Of a stretch of DNA of 64,000 bases, positions 58,900 to 64,000 are shown one piece after another (within the stretch, counting starts at the first letter, position 1; each line of letters begins with the position of its first letter). The stretch is from an uncultured Chloroflexia bacterium (GTDB lineage Bacteria > Chloroflexota > Anaerolineae > Caldilineales > Caldilineaceae): assembly GCA_963749845.1 (NCBI GenBank), contig CAVVOJ010000011.1:160036-224035 (forward strand). The letters are read 5' to 3'. The position numbers and the translations under genes were made by a program. The notes below the pieces were generated by a model, which saw only the letters and a program-made list of their open reading frames with translations, was not told the origin of the DNA and ran no database searches.

Positions 58900-59490
58900 G
58901 TGCGCCTGCTGCCGGACCGGTTAAGCCAGCTTTTTCGCTCGCCCCGCGCCGCTGACCCGTTACCGCTCACGCGCAAAGCGCTCTACGACCTTGCTGCAGA
59001 AACGCGAGAGATTGCCGAGCGGCTTGCGCGCTATGATCAACACCGCGTAAATCTGCAGCAGTGCCACGAATTTAACGCTTGGTATACCCAGACTAGACGG
59101 TACGATCTGCTGGCCGAACGTATGGGCCCCATGCCACTAGCGCGCCCCATTTCTCGCTGGCAGATCATGAGCATCGCCGCGCTGGTCGGCGTCATCTTCT
59201 TCTTGCTCGTCCCCCCACGCGTTGGCTCAATTCCTGGCGTCTATCTGATCTACGCGTATGCCTTCAGCATGATTGCCTTCTACTTCGTGCCGGAACAACT
59301 CTACGGCACGTCGATTGAACTTCTGGAGGCGAAACTCCTGCGCATTGTTGAAAATCTGGAAGAGATACTTCAGAATGAACCCCTAGGCTTCAGCGAAGCC
59401 GCCTATTTCCGCACCAAAGACAACCTTGGTGCGGCCAAACGCGAATTGCGCCAGCAATTGGATCTGGCGCACCGATCACGCTGGGGCTGA
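58900..59490 (+). CDS. Hypothetical membrane protein (2 TM)
   Basis: 196-aa ORF with two central hydrophobic segments. I recognise no family. Confidence 0.45.
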   Translation: MRLLPDRLSQLFRSPRAADPLPLTRKALYDLAAETREIAERLARYDQHRVNLQQCHEFNAWYTQTRRYDLLAERMGPMPLARPISRWQIMSIAALVGVIFFLLVPPRVGSIPGVYLIYAYAFSMIAFYFVPEQLYGTSIELLEAKLLRIVENLEEILQNEPLGFSEAAYFRTKDNLGAAKRELRQQLDLAHRSRWG

Positions 59491-59614
59491 ATGATGGAAC
59501 GCGGATGAGGCGAATCACCGCGGATGGAAAGAGAGGAATCAGCAGATAGCCGCTTCACCCCCATTCACGCGTATTCCCGCTGATGGCAGGCTGTAAGGTT
59601 ATAGCGGCGCGACA

Positions 59615-61411
59615 CTAGAAGCGGGCGAAGATGTTGCGGTAGGCTTCGGAGCTTTCCATCAACTCTTCATGACTTCCTTCTGCTGCCACCATGCCCTGAC
59701 GCAAGACAACGATTTTGTCGGCCCAGCGAATCTGCGAGAGCCGGTGGGTGATGAGGATCGTCGTTCGTCCTGCAGTCGCTGCCTCGATGGCGCGCTGAAT
59801 GCGGTCCTCGGTTGCGCTGTCGATCGCGCTGGTCGAGTCGTCCAATACGAGAATCGCGGGATTGGTCAGGAACGCGCGGGCGAGGGCCAGACGCTGTCGC
59901 TGACCGCCCGAAAGCATGACGCCCCGCTCGCCGATCATCGTCTCATAGCCGTCGGGAAAGGCGGAAATGAAGTCGTGGGCTTGCGCGGCGCGGGCCGCAT
60001 CCTCAATCTCATCCTGCGTTGCGTCAGAGCGGCCAAAGGCGATATTCTCGCCGATGGTACGGCTGAAGAGAAAGATGTCTTGCTCGATGATGGAGATCTG
60101 CGAGCGTAACGCGGCCAGATCCCAGTCACGCACGTTGACGCCGTCGATCAGCACTTGCCCTGCATCCACGTCATAGATGCGGTTGACCAACTTTGCCACT
60201 GTGCTCTTGCCTGAACCAGTCTGGCCAACCAGCGCCAGCGTCTTTCCGGCTTCGATGGAGAAGGAAACATCGGTCAGCGCGGCATGGGCAGGTTGGCTGC
60301 TGCCATTCGTTCCCTCGATATACTCCTGCTCGCTCTGATAGGTGAAGGTAACATGCTCAAATGCTACGTCACCGCGCATTTTTTCGGCATAGCCGCCCTC
60401 ATTGCGATCAAGCGCGGTGTCGGCCTGAATCAAAGCCAGAATGCGGCGCGCGCTGGATAAGCCGGACGAGACCTGCGAATAGGCAAAGAGCGACACGAAG
60501 ACGGGAAAGCCAAAGAGCGCAATCAGCCCCATATACGCCACCACATCGCCTACCGAGATGATGTCGCGGTTGTAGAGCGACAAGGCATGCCAAAAAGCCA
60601 GCCCCTGGGCCAAACCGAGTAACAGAAGCGGGAGAAAACGCGCCTCCACGCGTCCCTGCGCCACATATGCATCTCGATACCCTTTGGCGTTGGCCTGGAA
60701 GCGCGCCACTTCGGCCTTTTCCTGGGCCGCTCCTTTTACCGTTTCGATGCCTTCGATCGACTCAGACAGCCCCGAATTCATGTCACCAAACGCTTTGCGC
60801 ACATTCTCTGTCACCGGGCGCAAGTCCAGCAGATAGGCGCGCATAGCGATGAGGTAGCAGACAGCAAATAACGCCGGCGTCAGAATGAGCGCCGGATAGA
60901 TACTCGGCGCCACAATCAAGGGCATGATCAGAAAGCTGGCCGAACCCAAGACGAGGTTCAGGCCTGGCGCCATCATGAGCGCCAGTTCGCGTACATCGTT
61001 GGTGGCGCGCGCCATGACTTCGCCAGTTGCATAGGAATCATGAAAGGCCATGCTCTTGCCCAGCAGCGAGCCGTAGAGTTCCTGGCGGGCGTCGCGCTCC
61101 AACCGTTGCCCCAAGACTTCGCTGCTGAAGTTGCGCCCAAGCTGCATCGCGGAACGAATGGCTTGAGAGAGTACCAGCAGGATCGCGGCCCAAAGCAGCA
61201 ACTGCAGGTTGGGCGTTGCGTTGACGACAGCGTCAAACGCGATGCCGGTAAAAAGCGGCAGCGCCGCCGCCAGCGCCGCATTGGCGGCGGCTCCAGCGAC
61301 CACGCCGAGCATGATCAGCTTGTTCCGCATCAGATGGGAGGTCACCCAGCGCGCCGGGCCGCGCTGATCGGTTGTCCACTGGCTGGGTACGCTAAATTCA
61401 CTCTTGGCCAT
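59615..61411 (-). CDS. ABC transporter, fused permease/ATPase (exporter type, MsbA/ABCB-like)
   Basis: Six-TM domain followed by Walker [10 protein letters not shown], signature LSGGQRQR and Walker [14 protein letters not shown] 61411 is preferred. Confidence 0.9.
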   Translation of the reverse strand: MAKSEFSVPSQWTTDQRGPARWVTSHLMRNKLIMLGVVAGAAANAALAAALPLFTGIAFDAVVNATPNLQLLLWAAILLVLSQAIRSAMQLGRNFSSEVLGQRLERDARQELYGSLLGKSMAFHDSYATGEVMARATNDVRELALMMAPGLNLVLGSASFLIMPLIVAPSIYPALILTPALFAVCYLIAMRAYLLDLRPVTENVRKAFGDMNSGLSESIEGIETVKGAAQEKAEVARFQANAKGYRDAYVAQGRVEARFLPLLLLGLAQGLAFWHALSLYNRDIISVGDVVAYMGLIALFGFPVFVSLFAYSQVSSGLSSARRILALIQADTALDRNEGGYAEKMRGDVAFEHVTFTYQSEQEYIEGTNGSSQPAHAALTDVSFSIEAGKTLALVGQTGSGKSTVAKLVNRIYDVDAGQVLIDGVNVRDWDLAALRSQISIIEQDIFLFSRTIGENIAFGRSDATQDEIEDAARAAQAHDFISAFPDGYETMIGERGVMLSGGQRQRLALARAFLTNPAILVLDDSTSAIDSATEDRIQRAIEAATAGRTTILITHRLSQIRWADKIVVLRQGMVAAEGSHEELMESSEAYRNIFARF

Positions 61412-61469
61412 GGAAGGTATGCCTCTCAATGCACGCAGTGCCGCGAGCCCGGGTCAAGACCTCACAAGC

Positions 61470-61509
61470 AACTTTTCATAAACTGCCAGTAACTTTTCAT
61501 AACCAGTAG
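61470..61509. repeat. Tandem direct repeat, 21-bp period (AACTTTTCATAA...CCAGT twice)
   Basis: AACTTTTCATAA occurs at 61470-61481 and again at 61491-61502, each time followed by CCAGT within 1-5 nt. It lies about 60-100 bp upstream of the ABC exporter start. Confidence 0.6.
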
Positions 61510-61742
61510 CGTCTTTCCTTACGACGCCGGCTAGGTAAAGATCTACCTGGTGCAAATATGCCTCTGTCAAAATCATAGTCGATTACAGCGCAAAAACGAA
61601 GTAGGAAGCCTCTAAAATGCTCACAAAAAGATGGCGTTCAAAAAGACGTATGGTACAATCGGAACTGTTTTTTGAAAATAAAAGCAACTTTGTCTTCTCA
61701 TTCATCATCCTTCACCGCTGAACCACAAGATGGGAACGTCGA

Positions 61743-62273
61743 TTGGCACCGTCTGATTCATCTGGACGCGGGGACGACGAGTTTCTTCTGCGCCTCCGCG
61801 CAGGTGACGAGGAAGCTTGGTCGGAATTTATTCAAGAGCAGAGCCAACGCCTTTACAGCTATCTTCACTATAACTTGCCGAGCGATCAGGATCGGGAAGA
61901 TGTGTTGATGGAAACCATGGCGGCGTGTGTGCGCGCGCTCCAGACGTTTGACGGAAAATCAGCCACGCTCTCGACGTTTGTCTATTCGATTGCCCAGCGT
62001 AAAGTGGCCGACTTTTGGCGCAAGCACAAAAAGACGCGCGAACTGCCGGACGTCATTCCAGGACGAAGTATGTCAAACAAAGGCTTAATTCTTGAAGAAG
62101 CGTTGGACCAACTGCCCGACAACTATCGTCAGGCAATCTTGCTCCGCTACCACATCGGTCTGAGCGTGACGGAACTGGCGGAAACCATGGGCCTGACCTA
62201 CAAGGCTGCAGAATCGCTGCTCAGCCGCGCCCGGCGCGCCCTCAACATTCTGTTGGCCGAAGACGAAGATTGA
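61743..62273 (+). CDS. ECF-type RNA polymerase sigma-70 family factor
   Basis: DDEFLLRLRAGDEEAWSEFI (region 2 start), FVYSIAQRKVADFWRK, and a region 4 HTH LSVTELAETMGLTYKAAESLLSRARRAL. The start is TTG as listed. No anti-sigma gene follows. Confidence 0.85.
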   Translation: MAPSDSSGRGDDEFLLRLRAGDEEAWSEFIQEQSQRLYSYLHYNLPSDQDREDVLMETMAACVRALQTFDGKSATLSTFVYSIAQRKVADFWRKHKKTRELPDVIPGRSMSNKGLILEEALDQLPDNYRQAILLRYHIGLSVTELAETMGLTYKAAESLLSRARRALNILLAEDED

Positions 62274-62409
62274 GATATCCTGCCCCTACACCCTCACGTT
62301 GGCAAATCTCCCTGGTCTGATGTTAGAATCAAATTCCAGTTCTAGAAGCAGCCGGCTGTGAGCAGCAGCCCGGTCGGTAAATTGACGTGTACAATTGAAT
62401 GGAGCAAGC

Positions 62410-64000
62410 ATGACCAAGTACATTTTTGTGACTGGCGGCGTGCTTTCAGGACTGGGCAAAGGCGTCACCGTGGCGTCGGTGGGCAGCATCCTGAAAGCCA
62501 GGGGCTTTAGCGTTACCACCATGAAGTTGGATCCCTACCTCAACGTGGATCCCGGCACCATGTCCCCGTACCAACATGGCGAAGTCTTCGTCACTGAAGA
62601 TGGGGCCGAGACAGATCTCGACCTTGGTCACTACGAGCGCTTCGTCGACGAGAATCTCTCCCAGCTCTCCAACGTTACCAGCGGCCAGATCTATAATTAC
62701 GTCATCAATCAGGAACGACGTGGTGACTATCTCGGCGGCACGATCCAAGTGATCCCGCATGTGACCAACGAAATCAAGCGACGGATTGGCCTGGTGGCGC
62801 GCAAGACCGAAGCTGACATCGTCCTCATTGAGATCGGCGGCACTGTTGGCGACATCGAGGGGCTGCCCTTCTTGGAAGCCATCCGGCAGATGCGCAAGGA
62901 TGTTGGCCCGCACAACACGCTCTACCTCCACGTCACGTGGCTGCCGTACCTCGCTGCCAGCAAAGAACTCAAGACCAAACCCACCCAACACAGCGTGCGT
63001 GAACTGCGCGGCATTGGCATTCATCCCGACGTGATCGCGCTGCGCAGCGACTACCCGGTCGACGATGATGTCCTGGCCAAGATTGCACTCTTCTGTGACG
63101 TCGATCATGATGCCGTGATTCCGCTGGTGACCGCCGACACGATCTACGCTGTGCCGACCAGCCTCGAAGACGCGGGTCTGGGCCGCTGGATTGTGGAGCA
63201 TCTCCGTTTGGAGGAGAAGCAAGATCCGGCTACCGGATTGAGCGATTGGCGCCATTTCTTGGCCGCAATTCAGCGCAACAAACCTGTTCTGACCATTGCC
63301 CTGGTTGGCAAATATGTGGAGTTGGAAGACGCCTATCTAAGCGTAAAAGAGTCGTTGATTCACGCAGGTTTGGCTGCCGGTTACGACGTGGACATCCGCT
63401 GGGTCAGCTCGGAGGATCTGGAGCGGGGACACGGTCTGGAACAATTGGCCGATGTCGACGGCATTGTGGTGCCGGGCGGTTTCGGCTATCGAGGCATCGA
63501 AGGCAAGATTGTTGGCGCCCGCTATGCGCGCGAACATAAGGTGCCTTATCTTGGGCTTTGCTTGGGCATGCAGGTACTCTGCATTGAATTCGCCCGTCAT
63601 ATTTTCAACAGCGATGAGCCCAACAGCACCGAGTTCGACATCGCCACAGAGTATCCGATCATCGACCTCATGCCCGATCAGCGTGATATCGCCGACATGG
63701 GCGGGACAATGCGACTGGGCATCTATCCTTGCAAGCTGGCCCCCGGCACCCGGGCCGCCGCCGCCTATGCGAGTCAAGGCTACGGTGATTTGGTCCATGA
63801 GCGTCATCGTCATCGCTTCGAGTTCAACAACCACTACCGCCAGCAGGTTCAGGAAGCAGGCATGGTCTTCTCCGGCCTCTCGCCCGATGACCGGCTGGTG
63901 GAAGTGGTCGAATTGAGCGATCATCCCTATATGGTGGGCAGCCAATTTCATCCCGAGTTCAAAAGCCGCCCCAACAAGCCACACCCGCTCTTTGCCGGCT
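62410..64000 (+). CDS. pyrG: CTP synthase (partial, runs off window end)
   Basis: Absent from the ORF track because it is open at the window edge. ATG 62410. [40 protein letters not shown], the GATase block YLGLCLGMQ, and HRHRFEFN...FHPEF. The listed minus-strand ORFs 62446-63255 and 63337-63984 are shadows. Confidence 0.95.
   Translation, partial: MTKYIFVTGGVLSGLGKGVTVASVGSILKARGFSVTTMKLDPYLNVDPGTMSPYQHGEVFVTEDGAETDLDLGHYERFVDENLSQLSNVTSGQIYNYVINQERRGDYLGGTIQVIPHVTNEIKRRIGLVARKTEADIVLIEIGGTVGDIEGLPFLEAIRQMRKDVGPHNTLYLHVTWLPYLAASKELKTKPTQHSVRELRGIGIHPDVIALRSDYPVDDDVLAKIALFCDVDHDAVIPLVTADTIYAVPTSLEDAGLGRWIVEHLRLEEKQDPATGLSDWRHFLAAIQRNKPVLTIALVGKYVELEDAYLSVKESLIHAGLAAGYDVDIRWVSSEDLERGHGLEQLADVDGIVVPGGFGYRGIEGKIVGARYAREHKVPYLGLCLGMQVLCIEFARHIFNSDEPNSTEFDIATEYPIIDLMPDQRDIADMGGTMRLGIYPCKLAPGTRAAAAYASQGYGDLVHERHRHRFEFNNHYRQQVQEAGMVFSGLSPDDRLVEVVELSDHPYMVGSQFHPEFKSRPNKPHPLFAG

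Noticed and set aside
61730-61760. Short ATG ORF (MGTSIGTV*) just upstream of and overlapping the ECF sigma gene start, as a possible further frameshift.
   Set aside because: The TTG at 61743, with a GGGAAC-type ribosome-binding site 8 nt upstream, gives a normal ECF N-terminus. The sequence does not require an additional indel.
62274-62409. pyrG-type transcription attenuator in the leader (imperfect hairpin CCGGCTG...CAGCCCGG at about 62350-62376).
   Set aside because: The stem contains a bulge and no U-tract follows. I cannot identify the GGGC-type reiterative-transcription start known from Bacillus. The evidence is insufficient.

Overview
High-GC (roughly 60% by eye) bacterial chromosomal segment with about 58 protein-coding genes and one tRNA. 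I found no rRNA, CRISPR array, transposase, integrase or recognisable defence or toxin-antitoxin module. The gene content (tricorn-like protease, isopentenyl phosphate kinase, CdaA-CdaR, many LysM proteins and lipoproteins, a GT-C glycosyltransferase) suggests a Chloroflexota-like organism; that is inference only.

Layout:
- 1-3.6 kb: LacI regulator flanked by two paralogous sugar-binding lipoproteins.
- 3.7-7.3 kb: tricorn-like protease.
- 7.4-22.7 kb: housekeeping mix (YgfZ, lipoate ligase, DUF503, lgt, M28 peptidase, der, cdaA-cdaR, FAH, HD, phasin, tag, 2-hydroxyacid dehydrogenase).
- 22.9-34.9 kb: GntR-headed divergent locus with DUF885, SDR, amidohydrolase, M42 peptidase, a peptide-type ABC importer lacking ATPases, and two Gfo/Idh/MocA oxidoreductases.
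- 35-45 kb: degraded GH-like gene, sugar epimerase and isomerase, L,D-transpeptidase, FMN reductase, orphan SPPY-type DNA methyltransferase, LysM lipoprotein, B-box membrane protein, nadK, usp.
- 45.2-48 kb: tRNA-Val, selA, isopentenyl phosphate kinase.
- 48-59.5 kb: envelope-type cluster (rseP, zinc-ribbon/LysM protein, HEAT protein, AEC transporter, TPR, membrane-anchored FecR/CBM-like protein, GT-C glycosyltransferase, variant UbiA prenyltransferase).
- 59.6-64 kb: ABC exporter, ECF sigma factor, pyrG (runs off the window).

Most notable observations:
1. At least 15 single-base frame disruptions hit 10 otherwise well-conserved genes. This is either an assembly-quality problem or pseudogenisation, and it makes the ORF track misleading in places (for example the 973-aa ORF at 48260-51181).
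2. A perfect 42-bp AT-rich palindrome carrying two GntR-type boxes lies in the divergent GntR/DUF885 intergenic region.
3. A near-consensus promoter is followed directly by a perfect 12+12 inverted repeat in front of a phasin-like gene.
4. Paired palindromic elements lie between tRNA-Val and selA.
5. An orphan m4C-type methyltransferase has no restriction partner.
6. A GT-C glycosyltransferase sits next to a UbiA-family protein with variant Asp-rich motifs.

I do not see a compelling, complete novel system. The candidates are hypotheses ranked by interest score.
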